A DNA stretch of 64,000 nucleotides from Desulfomonilia bacterium (GCA_963664325.2 CAXXDQ010000003.1:96001-160000); one strand, 5' to 3'. Numbered from the stretch's first letter, positions 43,266 to 54,014 are shown. The notes: generated by a model not told the origin, from the letters alone. Numbers and translations are program-made.

Positions 43266-43943
43266 TTACAGCTTGTAGCCTGTCTGCCTGGATTTACCCC
43301 TTAACAGGTTTAATGCATAACCCAATACTAATCCTAATATAATAAATCCGCCACCAATAAGGGTAAATTTCACCCTTTCGGAAAGTTTTAGATTTTTGTT
43401 TTCCCTTGCAAGGTCGTCAAGCTGCCTGGATTTCAGCTTTTCCGTCTCGGTAAGTTTGTTGTACGATCCCTCGAGGTTCAAATAATCGCTCGACGCCTCT
43501 TTGAGCTTCTGGAAGGCATTTTTCGCCTTCAATATTTCAACAGCCGAATTGCTAAGTTTGTATTTAAGTTCGCGGTTTTCCTTTTCAAGGGCCTTGTTCG
43601 TTTCCTGAAGCGTCTTTAATGAATCGTCCTGCGAGGCCATCTTGGCATTAAGCTGCTCTATGATCAGGCTTCTCGGGGATTCATTCGTCAGGTTGGAGAT
43701 TGACGTCCAGCCTTCAACTCCTTTCGGGGTCACTACCTTTACCCAGGCTCCCGACTGGTCCCTGACCTCGAGATAGTCATTTGAGTTGACGGTTCCGACA
43801 GCGGGAGATGAATCCCCGGGGAATTTCTTTAATGATAAAGTGAGGCGCTCCTTTACATAATAGCCTTTGGCTTCAAGCATGCCGCAAAAAGCCATGAGCA
43901 GGACGGGCAGCAATACCATCTGGACCATGCCTTTTTTAATCAT
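43266..43943 (-). CDS. SH3 domain/coiled-coil/C-terminal TM protein (TIGR04211-like)
   Basis: Signal peptide, W-VxTxxGxEGW SH3 motif, coiled coil, GGG-containing C-terminal TM. Confidence 0.8.
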   Translation of the reverse strand: MIKKGMVQMVLLPVLLMAFCGMLEAKGYYVKERLTLSLKKFPGDSSPAVGTVNSNDYLEVRDQSGAWVKVVTPKGVEGWTSISNLTNESPRSLIIEQLNAKMASQDDSLKTLQETNKALEKENRELKYKLSNSAVEILKAKNAFQKLKEASSDYLNLEGSYNKLTETEKLKSRQLDDLARENKNLKLSERVKFTLIGGGFIILGLVLGYALNLLRGKSRQTGYKL

Positions 43944-45301
43944 CGTTCAAGCCCCCTGATTATTTCGTCAAGCTTCATGCGGGTATCGGCCTCAAGCTCT
44001 TCAAGATGGTTTTTTGTATCGGCCTCGAATCTCAGGACAATAACGGGCTGCGTATTCGATGGCCTTGCCAGCCCCCATCCGTCTTTGTTCTCAAAACGAA
44101 CGCCGTCGATATCGATACATGACGGGTATTTTTCTTTAGCATAGCGGGTGAATTCGCCAACCGCCTTGAATTTTATATCATCAGGGCATTCAAAGCGTAT
44201 TTCGGGCGTGTTGTACATCTTGGGGAGCCCGTCAAAAACAGCCTGGGAATCAGCCGCATTGGACAAAACCTCTATAAGCCTTGCCGCGGCATAGATGCCG
44301 TCATCAAATCCGTACCACCTGTCCTTGAAAAATATGTGGCCGCTCATCTCCCCTGCAAGAGCGGCTTTTTCCTGCATCAGGCGCGCCTTCATGAGCGAAT
44401 GACCGACCTTGCCCATGATCGGGATTCCGCCGGAGCTTTGTATTATATCAAACAGGACCTTTGAGCATTTTACCTCTCCGATGATCTTTTCACATGGCTT
44501 TTCTTTAAGTATGGCGCTTGCCAGTATGGCTGTAATCATGTCGCCGTAAATGACGTTTCCTGTTGCATCGACAACGCCAATACGGTCGGCGTCGCCGTCA
44601 AGGCCTATACCCAGGTCGGCTCGGGTTTCCAGCACCCTGTCCCTGAGCATCTTTACACCCTCGGTTATGGTAGGGTCCGGGTGATGGTTCGGGAAATTGC
44701 CGTCAGGCTCGAGACACATGCCCTGAACATCCATGCCAAGCCTTTCGAGCACCATCATGGCCGCCCTCCCTCCGACGCCGTTGCCTGGATCAAGGATGAT
44801 TTTCAGCCTGTTTGGGCAGGCCGCGATGCGAGAAACAATGTCTTTTACATATTCCGGGATGAGATCATAAACGGTTAAACTTCCTTTTCCAGTAACCTTG
44901 GTGCCCTTTTCGACATAAGCCCTGAGCTTCTGGATTTCGCTGCCGAATATGGTTGTCTTTCCAAGGGCTATTTTAAATCCGTTATTGTCCGGCGGGTTGT
45001 GCGATCCGGTGATTGCAAGACCCCCATCGAGGTTAAACCTGAATAGGGAAAAATACATAACAGGCGTCGGGGCAAGGCCGATGTCAATGACGTCAATGCC
45101 GCTTGCGGTTACATTATCGATCAGTATCTCTTTAAACCCGGGCGAGCTCAGGCGGGCGTCCATGCCTATCGCAACTTTTTTTACACCTTTGTCCGTCCAG
45201 TATGCGCCTAGTGCCGAAGCGAGTCTCGATACGAATTCATCATCAAGGTCTTTTCCGACGACGCCTCTTATATCATATTCCCTGAAAACCTGTGGGTTCA
45301 T
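43940..45301 (-). CDS. Phosphomannomutase/phosphoglucomutase
   Basis: FREYDIRG, TGSHNP, DGDADR, GEMSGH, RPSNTQP; start ATG 45301 after GGAGG. Confidence 0.95.
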   Translation of the reverse strand: MNPQVFREYDIRGVVGKDLDDEFVSRLASALGAYWTDKGVKKVAIGMDARLSSPGFKEILIDNVTASGIDVIDIGLAPTPVMYFSLFRFNLDGGLAITGSHNPPDNNGFKIALGKTTIFGSEIQKLRAYVEKGTKVTGKGSLTVYDLIPEYVKDIVSRIAACPNRLKIILDPGNGVGGRAAMMVLERLGMDVQGMCLEPDGNFPNHHPDPTITEGVKMLRDRVLETRADLGIGLDGDADRIGVVDATGNVIYGDMITAILASAILKEKPCEKIIGEVKCSKVLFDIIQSSGGIPIMGKVGHSLMKARLMQEKAALAGEMSGHIFFKDRWYGFDDGIYAAARLIEVLSNAADSQAVFDGLPKMYNTPEIRFECPDDIKFKAVGEFTRYAKEKYPSCIDIDGVRFENKDGWGLARPSNTQPVIVLRFEADTKNHLEELEADTRMKLDEIIRGLER

Positions 45302-45633
45302 TATGCCTCCGAGTGTGACTGCCCATGTCTTTTTAAATAAAGGTAATAAGAGAGTCAATGTCAAATGAATATGAATTTTTCAGAAAATGGCAGGTGCATA
45401 AAAATCAGTTATGAATACCGATTAACCAGTCAGCCGATAAGTGAATTTGCCGATAACCTGACAGGCAGTCTAAGAGGCAGTAAAGATCATACTTAACAGC
45501 TCGACAGCTTAACGGCTCAAGACATGTTGATCCGCCCCAAAGTCATCGATGAGGTGAGACCTTGAGATGCAAATTTATAGAGTCCCGCATAACTAAGCTT
45601 GACAGGACGAGTTATTACACCTCTTATCCGGTA

Positions 45634-47148
45634 ATGAACATACTGCTTATATATCCGCCTGTGGCCAAACCCTCCGAACCCCCTGCCGGCATTGCCAGGC
45701 TTGCAGGGTTTTTAAGGGAAGGCGGCGTCGGCGTAAAAACATTGGACGCATCCCTTCATGGCCAGCTTTATCTTATGAACGCTGAAAGCGTTTCAAATGA
45801 CACATGGACAACAAGAGCCTCTGGCAGACTTCAAAAGAACCAGGCCGCATTAAGAAACATCGACACCTATCGCAGCATCGCCAGGTACACCCAGGCCGTT
45901 ACGGAAACGGAAAGGGTTCTATGGGCATCCGGCAGGCAGTTCTCGGCGGATTCAACGGTAAGCCTTGCTGATTATCATAATGAAAAACTTCTGCCCGCAA
46001 GGAGCTCCGACCTGCTTATTTCAGCCGAAGATCCTCAAAGGAATCCTTTTTACAACTATTACTCCCGCAGGATCATCCCTCTCATCGAGAAGGAATCGCC
46101 GGATATTGTGGGCCTGTCCGTCAATTATCTCAGCCAGGCCTTATGCGCATTCGCTTTGGCGGGTCTAATCAGAAGATTTTTTCCGGATGTTCGTTTGGTA
46201 TTGGGAGGCGGGCTCGTCACCACATGGAAAGGCCTTCCGGACTGGAAAAATCCATTTGAAAGCCTTATCGATGATGTGGTCGCAGGAAACGGCGAGAGGT
46301 TTTTCGGTGATATCTTAGACCTCAACAGAAATAAGATCGGATACAGCTATGGCTACATACAGGAAGACCTGCCGGAATATCTTTCCCCGGCCAGGATAAT
46401 ACCCTTCGCCGCATCGTCTGCATGCTGCTGGAACAGGTGCTCTTTCTGCCAGGAGAGGGCAACTTCAACAGAGAGCTTCTCATGCCGTACCGGGCCTGCA
46501 CTTAAGTCCCTTTCGGCAATTGCAGATGAATATTCACCGGGCCTTGTTCACTTCGTGGACAGCACCGTTCCGCCCGTCTTTTTAAGGAAACTTGCCGTAA
46601 ATCCCCCGGGCATGCCCTGGTACGGTTTTGCCAGGGTGACGAAGGAGCTTACTGACAGGGATTTCTGCCGGGCCTTGAGATTTTCCGGGTGCAGGATGCT
46701 CAAGCTTGGCATAGAGTCGGGCGATCAGAGAGTGCTCGACAAACTGGACAAGGGCATCGACATCGGTCTTGCGGCTCAAGCGCTTAAGGCCTTAAAAGGC
46801 TCTCACATCGCCACATATGTTTATCTGCTGTTCGGAACCCCGCCGGAAGACTACGAATCGGCTCTAAGGACGCTCGATTTTGTCAGAAAAAACAGGGCTT
46901 CGATTGATTTCATAAACGCCGCGATCTTCAACCTGCCTGCCGCATGTGCCTGTGAACCGGGCATCGTTGTGCGGGATTTCTATGAAGGCGATCTGAGCCT
47001 GTACCGGGATTTTGTCCATCCCGGTGGCTGGGACAGAAAAAAGACGAGGATGTTCCTGGACAGGGAGTTTAAGAGGGATGCCTCTGTATCGGCTATTCTG
47101 AGGAAGACCCCCAAGGTGTTCACATCGAATCATGCCCCGTTCTTTTGA
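45634..47148 (+). CDS. B12-binding-domain/radical SAM protein
   Basis: LLIYPP...PPAGIARL, GLSVNYLSQ, CWNRCSFC, LGIESG, FTSNHAPFF. Confidence 0.85.
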   Translation: MNILLIYPPVAKPSEPPAGIARLAGFLREGGVGVKTLDASLHGQLYLMNAESVSNDTWTTRASGRLQKNQAALRNIDTYRSIARYTQAVTETERVLWASGRQFSADSTVSLADYHNEKLLPARSSDLLISAEDPQRNPFYNYYSRRIIPLIEKESPDIVGLSVNYLSQALCAFALAGLIRRFFPDVRLVLGGGLVTTWKGLPDWKNPFESLIDDVVAGNGERFFGDILDLNRNKIGYSYGYIQEDLPEYLSPARIIPFAASSACCWNRCSFCQERATSTESFSCRTGPALKSLSAIADEYSPGLVHFVDSTVPPVFLRKLAVNPPGMPWYGFARVTKELTDRDFCRALRFSGCRMLKLGIESGDQRVLDKLDKGIDIGLAAQALKALKGSHIATYVYLLFGTPPEDYESALRTLDFVRKNRASIDFINAAIFNLPAACACEPGIVVRDFYEGDLSLYRDFVHPGGWDRKKTRMFLDREFKRDASVSAILRKTPKVFTSNHAPFF

Positions 47149-47154
47149 ACGGTT

Positions 47155-48204
47155 TCATCTGCGATAGCGGCCTTCGGGCCTGGTTTCCTTTGCCTTGTAG
47201 AGTTTTTCATCGGCCTTTTTTATGAGACTTGACGGGTCGCTTACTCCGTCTTCGCCGACTGATGAGATACCGTGAGTGAAATGGGCGAGTATCTGTTTTC
47301 CTTTGAAATTTAGGCAATTGGTTTTGAAGAAGTCTTTGATCCTGTTTACAAATTTGCCTGCCTCGGCATCGGGAGTCCCGGGCAGGATAAGAACGAATTC
47401 GTCGCCGGCGAAACGGGCGATAATATCACTTTCCCTTGCCATTTCGGTAAGGCTCGATGCAACGAACCTGAGCAGGTCATCGCCGTAGTCGTGACCGTAT
47501 GTGTCATTGATCTTTTTAAAGTGGTCGAGATCCATGAAGACAAGCGACATCGGTAACAGGTAGCGTTTGGCCCTGGCAAATTCACGCTTGAGTGCGTTTT
47601 CCATGGCCCTGCGGTTCAGAAGCCCGGTCAGGGGATCTTTGAAGGCCAGCGTGTTCAGTTCTTCGTGGGCTGCGACATTGGATAGGCATATTGAAACAAT
47701 CATTCCGAGCTGCTCCAGGAACCCCGTATCGATCCCCGGCTGATAACGCTCCGGTGAAGTATCGGCAAAATTAAGACTGCCTGCCGGTTTGCCGTCGAAT
47801 GTTATCGGGACCATGGCGAAAGACCTGAAAGGAATCTCCTGTCCGAAAGGCAGGAGGTTTTTGTACACTTCAAGGCCCGTGTTTGCAAGCCTGGGCTTGT
47901 GAGATCCGCCCGTTATTTCCATAAAGGCTTCACGGTCGATGAAATTAAGATGCATTAGAAAATCTTCGGATGCGATGAAGGTTTTAACAAGCCGGGTCGC
48001 CCGGCTCGATGTTATCAGTGAAACCCACACGTAAGGGACTTTGAACCTTTCCTCGATTCCTTTTAAAAGCCTGTCGAAAAAATCCTTGAAATTATGAATG
48101 GAAAGCACGCTTGCCTGGAGTTCAAAAAACCGGTGCGCAATCCTGTCGTTTTCGCTGAGCCTCTCAATAAATGCATCCCACTCGTGTTCAGGCATGTGGC
48201 GCAC
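47155..48204 (-). CDS. GAF (DUF484-like) diguanylate cyclase
   Basis: DPLTGLLNRR, DLDHFKKINDTYGH, RESD I-site, AGDEF active-site variant. Confidence 0.9.
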   Translation of the reverse strand: MRHMPEHEWDAFIERLSENDRIAHRFFELQASVLSIHNFKDFFDRLLKGIEERFKVPYVWVSLITSSRATRLVKTFIASEDFLMHLNFIDREAFMEITGGSHKPRLANTGLEVYKNLLPFGQEIPFRSFAMVPITFDGKPAGSLNFADTSPERYQPGIDTGFLEQLGMIVSICLSNVAAHEELNTLAFKDPLTGLLNRRAMENALKREFARAKRYLLPMSLVFMDLDHFKKINDTYGHDYGDDLLRFVASSLTEMARESDIIARFAGDEFVLILPGTPDAEAGKFVNRIKDFFKTNCLNFKGKQILAHFTHGISSVGEDGVSDPSSLIKKADEKLYKAKETRPEGRYRR

Positions 48205-48319
48205 TGTCGTCCCCTGAGATTATTAACGGAAAAAATACTGAAATACTTGAGCACCTTGCATGTTGAAGCAATAGCCTTGACATGGTATCCTTTGTCAATC
48301 GAAATCGGGAGGAAACAAC

Positions 48320-49567
48320 ATGTTTGATTTCATAATGAGTGATGCTCAAACGAGTCTGAGAAACGAGGCCAGGGCTTTTACAAAATGGGTTCCCAAGCAG
48401 CTGATACTGGACATGGATGCAGAAAAAATCCAGTTTCCGCATGAATATCTCCTCGAGGCCGGCAGGCGGAACCTGCTGGGAATAAGGATTGCGAAACAAT
48501 ACGGCGGCCGCGGTCTGGGCTGGGTCGATGATTCGATAGTGGCCGAAGAAGCCGGCGTTGCGAGCTATTCACTGGCCTGCCTTTGGGGAGTGGGCGCCGA
48601 TATCGTGGCCGAAGCCATCTGTGAGTACGGCAGTGAGAAGCTCAGGCAGGAGGTCGTGGTCCCGCTGCTGGCGGGAAAAGTTTATGCCGCCGAGGGACTC
48701 ACGGAACCCAGGGGCGGTTCGGACTTTTTCGGTGCGACCACCAAAGCTGTCAAGGATGGAAACGGCTACAGGCTCACGGGCCAGAAACGGTTCATCGTGG
48801 GCGGAGAGGGTGCGGATTATTTTCTCATCTATGCCAAGACCGATGAGACTGCTCCTGCGCATAAATCCCTGACCGCATTCATCGTGCCGCGGGATGCCGG
48901 GGTCAAAACGGAATATATATACGGCCTGATGGGGGTGCGCGGCGGTGGAGCTGCAAGGCTGATACTCAAGGATGCCTATGTGCCGGAAGAAAATATACTT
49001 GGCGGCCTTAATAACGGCTTTGAGGTCTTTCAGCGCATGATGATCCCTGAACGCCTGGGCACGGCAGCCATGACGATAGGCAGCGTCCGTCCGGCGGTGG
49101 AGATAGCAACGAAATATACGAGCAAGAGGAAGGCCTTCGGCTTCGCCATCCAGAACTTCCAGGCGGTCGGATTCAAGGTGGCTGACGCCGTCATGCTGCT
49201 GGATGCCGCCCGTTCGATGGTCTATTCCTCGGCGCTGGCAATAGACTCCGGCAGGGTGACGCCGGGCCGGGCCCGGCGCATGGTGTCGCAGTCGAAAAAG
49301 TTCGTGACCGAAAGCTGCTGGGAGGCCGTGAACAACGCCATGCAGGTCATGGGCGGCATCGGCTACACCAATGTCTACCCGATCGAGAGGATGCTCAGGG
49401 ATATGAGGCTGTCCATGATCTGGGTGGGTACGAACGAGATCATGCAGTACATCATCCAGACCGAGTGGTACAAGGAATACTGGAAGACAGTCTCAAAGAC
49501 CGACCAGCGCGATGTGGAGGCGGATGCGCTGCATGCGGATGCGGAGGAGGAAAAGGTCTACGAATAG
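48320..49567 (+). CDS. Acyl-CoA dehydrogenase
   Basis: LTEPRGGSD, GQKRFI, RKAFG..I..FQAV, QVMGGIGY, IWVGTNEI. Confidence 0.93.
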   Translation: MFDFIMSDAQTSLRNEARAFTKWVPKQLILDMDAEKIQFPHEYLLEAGRRNLLGIRIAKQYGGRGLGWVDDSIVAEEAGVASYSLACLWGVGADIVAEAICEYGSEKLRQEVVVPLLAGKVYAAEGLTEPRGGSDFFGATTKAVKDGNGYRLTGQKRFIVGGEGADYFLIYAKTDETAPAHKSLTAFIVPRDAGVKTEYIYGLMGVRGGGAARLILKDAYVPEENILGGLNNGFEVFQRMMIPERLGTAAMTIGSVRPAVEIATKYTSKRKAFGFAIQNFQAVGFKVADAVMLLDAARSMVYSSALAIDSGRVTPGRARRMVSQSKKFVTESCWEAVNNAMQVMGGIGYTNVYPIERMLRDMRLSMIWVGTNEIMQYIIQTEWYKEYWKTVSKTDQRDVEADALHADAEEEKVYE

Positions 49568-49569
49568 CG

Positions 49570-49762
49570 CTACAGGGCGTTATAACTTTACATACCTGTG
49601 ATTCGGGCAGATAGCCCTCACCCTGCGGGCGTACCTTCGGTACGTCAATTTTGTGATGCAAAATTTGTCGCTCCTTGTCGAGGTCATTGCGGTGTACGTC
49701 AATGTACGCCTCATTCCTCGACATCGTCGCTTCGCGGTCTGCTTTGTTATAATGCCCTGTAG
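49570..49762. mobile_element. 193-bp MITE-like structured element, copy B
   Basis: Terminal inverted repeats CTACAGGGCGTTATAAC / GTTATAATGCCCTGTAG (16/17); several internal hairpins; homologous to 9223-9420. Confidence 0.65.
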
Positions 49763-49826
49763 TCTTAGTTTTTTCTGCGTTTCCTTTGTCGGTTTCGCAG
49801 CTAACCCTGATCAAATCAGCCATTAG

Positions 49827-49910
49827 GCTATTAAGCTGTTAAGTTGAACTTTTTTATAACCCTTTGATTCTGCTTAACAGCTTATTAGCTCATCGGCTTA
49901 TCAGCTAATC
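49827..49910. repeat. Octamer tandem-repeat hairpin
   Basis: GCTATTAA GCTGTTAA G pairs (16/17) with CTTAACAG CTTATTAG C, followed by CTCATCGG CTTATCAG; similar units at 45492-45523. Confidence 0.6.
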
Positions 49911-49967
49911 CTGAACACAAATCTAAATATATGGACATCACAGGTGCGCCTTGTTAGATGTAATCAT

Positions 49968-51434
49968 ATGAGGAGAGGATATTTCCCGGGACACTTTCAA
50001 AGAACGAACTCCGATCTCAGGCTCCTTGCCGAACAGGCGTTCTCAAGGGCGGCGGGCGCCCCTCTCATACAGGGAAACAGCGTCCGAATCCTGAAGGACG
50101 CCGCCGAAAACTACCCGGCCTGGCTCGAGGCAATGCGCGGGGCCCAAAAGAGCATACATTTCGAGACCTACATCATCTATGACGATGCTGTCGGCAATGA
50201 ATTTGCAGAGGTTATGGCCGCCAAGGCCGGAGAAGGGGTCAAAGTCAGACTGATCTATGACTGGCTGGGGGTTTTGGGAAAGACATCGAGGCGTTTCTGG
50301 AAAAGGCTTACAGGCGCCGGGGTGGAGGTGCGCTGCTTCAACCCGCCCCGTATCGATCACCCCCTGAACTGGCTGAGCAGAGACCACCGCAAGATGATTG
50401 CAATAGACGGCAGCACAGGGTTTGTATCGGGCCTGTGCGTGGGCCGCATGTGGGCAGGCTATCCGAAGAAGGCGGTCGATCCGTGGCGTGATACAGGCGT
50501 CATGATTTCAGGGCCTGCAATTGCCGATATCGAAAGGGCCTTTGCGGATGTATGGGCGAGTCTGGGTCCGGGTCTGCCCGAAGAGGAGATGCCGAAAATC
50601 AGCACCCTCCATCCAGCGGGCGATGTGAACTTGCGCGTCGTGGCGAGCGTCCCGAACATCGGAGGGCTGCTGAGGATGGACCAGCTCATAGCGGTAGCGG
50701 CGCGCCGGTCCCTTTGGCTCACGGATGCATATTTCCTCGGATTTACCCCGTATGTTCAGACGCTCATGGCCTCGGCAAGGGACGGTGTCGATGTCAGGCT
50801 CCTTGTCCCGGGTACGACTGATATCCCGGTACTGAGAGCCATTTCAAGGGCCGGCTACCAGCCGCTTCTGGAGGCCGGAGTGAGGATATTCGAATGGAAC
50901 GGTCCCATGCTCCATGCGAAAACTGCGGTGGCGGACAGCAGATGGGCAAGGATCGGATCGAGCAACTTGAATATTTCCAGCTGGCTTGGAAATTATGAAC
51001 TCGATGTGGCGGTTGAGGACGAAGCCTTTGCCGTTGCCATGGAGCGGATGTATCTTGAGGACCTGGCCCATTCAACCGAGATCGTTCTGAACAAACGCCA
51101 TACGGCGAGTCCCGTTCAGAAACGGCCTAAAAATGGGCACCCGGTAACGGGCCTCAGGAAAGGGGGCATGAGCCGGGCCGGCGTGGGCGTCATACGCGCG
51201 GGCCGTGTCGTTGAGGCGGCCATTACGAACCGCAGGATACTGGGTCCTGCGGATGCGCAGATCATGATCAGCGCAGGGCTTATACTGCTGGCCCTTGCCG
51301 CCGTGTCAATATTGTGGCCGCGCGTGCTGGCCGTCCCGTTCGCATGCCTGAGCATATGGTTTGCCCTGGCGCTCCTTATGAGGGCGTTGAGGACCCGCGC
51401 TGGACATGGCAGAAAGGACCCGCCCCAGGAATAA
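49968..51434 (+). CDS. cls: Cardiolipin synthase (phospholipase D family) with C-terminal TM helices
   Basis: Two HKD motifs ([19 protein letters not shown]), WRDT, GSSNL; exact start uncertain. Confidence 0.88.
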   Translation: MRRGYFPGHFQRTNSDLRLLAEQAFSRAAGAPLIQGNSVRILKDAAENYPAWLEAMRGAQKSIHFETYIIYDDAVGNEFAEVMAAKAGEGVKVRLIYDWLGVLGKTSRRFWKRLTGAGVEVRCFNPPRIDHPLNWLSRDHRKMIAIDGSTGFVSGLCVGRMWAGYPKKAVDPWRDTGVMISGPAIADIERAFADVWASLGPGLPEEEMPKISTLHPAGDVNLRVVASVPNIGGLLRMDQLIAVAARRSLWLTDAYFLGFTPYVQTLMASARDGVDVRLLVPGTTDIPVLRAISRAGYQPLLEAGVRIFEWNGPMLHAKTAVADSRWARIGSSNLNISSWLGNYELDVAVEDEAFAVAMERMYLEDLAHSTEIVLNKRHTASPVQKRPKNGHPVTGLRKGGMSRAGVGVIRAGRVVEAAITNRRILGPADAQIMISAGLILLALAAVSILWPRVLAVPFACLSIWFALALLMRALRTRAGHGRKDPPQE

Positions 51435-51581
51435 CCGGGTCCCTGGGAAGTTCTCTTCCTCCTCGATTATTTCTTCGTCTCGGGTTCAGGCTATCAGCCG
51501 GAAAAGATCAGTTCAGACAGAGAATACCGCATAATATAGTCTGAATTGGTTATTTTACACTTGACCGATGGTTAACTTGAA

Positions 51582-52529
51582 ATGAAAATGCGCATACCAA
51601 TGGCTGACATCGACAATACCAACATGGATTATATGACTCTGACCGATCCATCTCAGGATGACTTATATCCAAGATCGAAATTGCTGCAGGTGAAGCAGCA
51701 TATCCGTTATCTCGGGAGTTGTACCTGGAAAGGGTTTGTGCGTTTGATGGGTGATACGCGCATCCGTCGCATCAACAGCTATTTCATCACCCGGGAGCAT
51801 CAGGCTTATATGGACAGGAATCTCCTGCCCGGGGATATAATAATTGTCCGCAAGAACTGGTTTCTCAGCAACATCTTCCTGCCGGGATTCTGGTCCCATG
51901 CGATCCTGTATCTTGGTGAACCCCGGAAGCTCCTGGCGTACTTCGACACGGCGGATATCCGTGCGTATTTTTCAAAAATCACCGGCAGCGAAATGGGTCT
52001 CATGCAATATCTTGAAACCCGCTGTCCCGGCCAATGGAAAAGCTATGCGCATGGATCGGCAGCCGAACCATACTGCGTCATCGAGGCCATCTGCGATGGC
52101 GTAGTCTTCAATACCCTGGACAAGGTAACCGGGGATTACGCTGCAGTACTGCGTCCCTGCCTGAGCAGGCTTGCCAAGGTGCAGGCAGTCGTCGAGGCCT
52201 TCCTCCATGTGGGCAAGCCCTATGACTTTGATTTCAATTTTGCCACCGACAATACATTGGTCTGCACCGAGCTTGTCTGGCGAAGCTATAGGCCGGCACA
52301 AGGAAAAGAAGGCCTCGATCTGCCGCTGGTCCGTATCCTGGGGAGGCATACTTTTCCGGCCAACGAAATGGCCCGCCTTTACACTCAGATGCGACGGGAT
52401 CACCGGTCACAACTTGAATTCATCCTGTTTTTCGATGCCATCGAAAGGAGCCGGACCGCAGTGCTGTCCTCGGAGGAAGAGTTTTCCAAAACCTACCTGC
52501 GCAGTAAATGGGACTTTGTCCTGCCGTGA
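51582..52529 (+). CDS. YiiX/YebB-like permuted papain (NlpC/P60) hydrolase
   Basis: PGDII, GFWSHAILY (His) preceding GKPYDFDF...LVCTELV (Cys). Confidence 0.8.
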   Translation: MKMRIPMADIDNTNMDYMTLTDPSQDDLYPRSKLLQVKQHIRYLGSCTWKGFVRLMGDTRIRRINSYFITREHQAYMDRNLLPGDIIIVRKNWFLSNIFLPGFWSHAILYLGEPRKLLAYFDTADIRAYFSKITGSEMGLMQYLETRCPGQWKSYAHGSAAEPYCVIEAICDGVVFNTLDKVTGDYAAVLRPCLSRLAKVQAVVEAFLHVGKPYDFDFNFATDNTLVCTELVWRSYRPAQGKEGLDLPLVRILGRHTFPANEMARLYTQMRRDHRSQLEFILFFDAIERSRTAVLSSEEEFSKTYLRSKWDFVLP

Positions 52530-52980
52530 CAAGAGGTATTTTACTTTAATCCAAGGGTGTCACGTTTAAGGCCTTTATGATCAGTAACCTGCTTATTTGT
52601 ATATGTCTGGGCAGGGGAAACAGATTTTTCATCCATGTCCAAAAAGGTAACTAATTTCACAAAAAATGGTTTTAAATATCTCCCATGACTTTGCCTGAAC
52701 CAAAAAAATCTCACAACCAACCGATATCATATGATAAAATGGTTATTCCCAATTTGCATATATTGATTATGAGCAAGCTGTGATTATAATATAACTATCA
52801 CATTTTATAGGCAGCGTTCCCAATTGGTATAAACATCCTTTGCTATTGGAGCCTGCATCCTGTTTTTGTCCATTATGGCTCCCTTGGAATAACAGTAAAC
52901 CAGAAAGGGGGTGATGTGGGTCGGAAAAAGGCGACTTGTTTCAAACAGTTCAATTCTATTAATCCTATAGGAGGTAAATT

Positions 52981-53817
52981 ATGAGAAAATGTTTGATAGT
53001 GCTGGTTATATTGGCATTCGGCTTTATGTTCTCGGGGTGCGCAAAGCAGAAATCCATTACAGCCAGTGATGGGGACTCAACTTCGCAGATCAAGGTGGAT
53101 TGGGTATGGACATTGCCGTCCGGAGGGCATTACACACTCCTCAGGGCTGACACGCCGCTTCCCTCGGCTACTTGGACAACGATAGTGCCAACCACTAAGG
53201 CCAAAACATACACGGATACGGATGTTGATCCCGATCGTGCATATTTCTATAAGGTTCAGGCTTGGAACAAAGATGCGACTTTGGCCTCTGAAAGCTGGCC
53301 TGAAGGCGGAAACACAGGTCTAACAGAGAATCCCACCGACTCGAATGGCGTAGCTCTGAAAGCCAAACTAGTGGCCTGGGAAAAGGCTGGAAACTGCATC
53401 CATGTGTATACCGAACTGTTGCATCCTGATCCTGCTTCGGAGTTACCTATCGATGACACCATTGATGGAACGACGGGAACGCTCCATCTGAAAATGGCGC
53501 TCCTCGGGACCAATCTGGCCGAAGCCGAATTTACTTTTGATGACTTTAACTGGACATGCACTAACGATATCACTGTGGACGGATATCAGTATGCCCCGGT
53601 TAATCCCACCGGCGGCTACAATGGAGTAATGAGGGGCTGGACCGAATACGATGATGGATGGCAGACATATGAACTCATTGTGACCAACAAGCATTCATCC
53701 GGAGGATTATGGTATGTAGGCGACAGCACACATGGGGTGGCGGTCTTTACCTATGACCAGGCCACATGGCTGGGCTGCGATGGATGCAATACTCCTGGTT
53801 CGTGCTTGTGTCCATGA
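52981..53817 (+). CDS. Lipoprotein with fibronectin type III domain and Cys-rich tail
   Basis: Lipobox FSGC; ASDG...W...YTDT....YFYKVQA; ends GCDGCNTPGSCLCP; AGGAGG RBS. Confidence 0.75.
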   Translation: MRKCLIVLVILAFGFMFSGCAKQKSITASDGDSTSQIKVDWVWTLPSGGHYTLLRADTPLPSATWTTIVPTTKAKTYTDTDVDPDRAYFYKVQAWNKDATLASESWPEGGNTGLTENPTDSNGVALKAKLVAWEKAGNCIHVYTELLHPDPASELPIDDTIDGTTGTLHLKMALLGTNLAEAEFTFDDFNWTCTNDITVDGYQYAPVNPTGGYNGVMRGWTEYDDGWQTYELIVTNKHSSGGLWYVGDSTHGVAVFTYDQATWLGCDGCNTPGSCLCP

Positions 53818-53869
53818 GGTCCAGGCGGGACACATTTCTTGAAAAGAGTTTTGGATGGGAATGCGCCGC

Positions 53870-53900
53870 AAAGCCCCCTGCCTCTTGGGGGGCTTTTTTT
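53870..53900 (+). terminator. Intrinsic terminator
   Basis: AAAGCCCCC...GGGGGCTTTTTTT. Confidence 0.8.
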
Positions 53901-54014
53901 GCCGTGGACATCCGGCGAAGGAAAGGCTTTGTCATATGACTTGTTGGTCTTGAGCGGTCAATTTAATCCAATACAATGCCCATTCATGGTTATTGTTAGG
54001 GCGGGCGAAGCGGG

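Noticed and set aside
45433-45456. Two GCCGATAA sigma28 -10-like boxes
   Set aside because: No properly spaced -35; better explained as units of the octamer-repeat hairpin
53815-53817. TGA after Cys-rich tail as possible selenocysteine
   Set aside because: An intrinsic terminator follows within about 55 nt and the read-through sequence has no domain continuity
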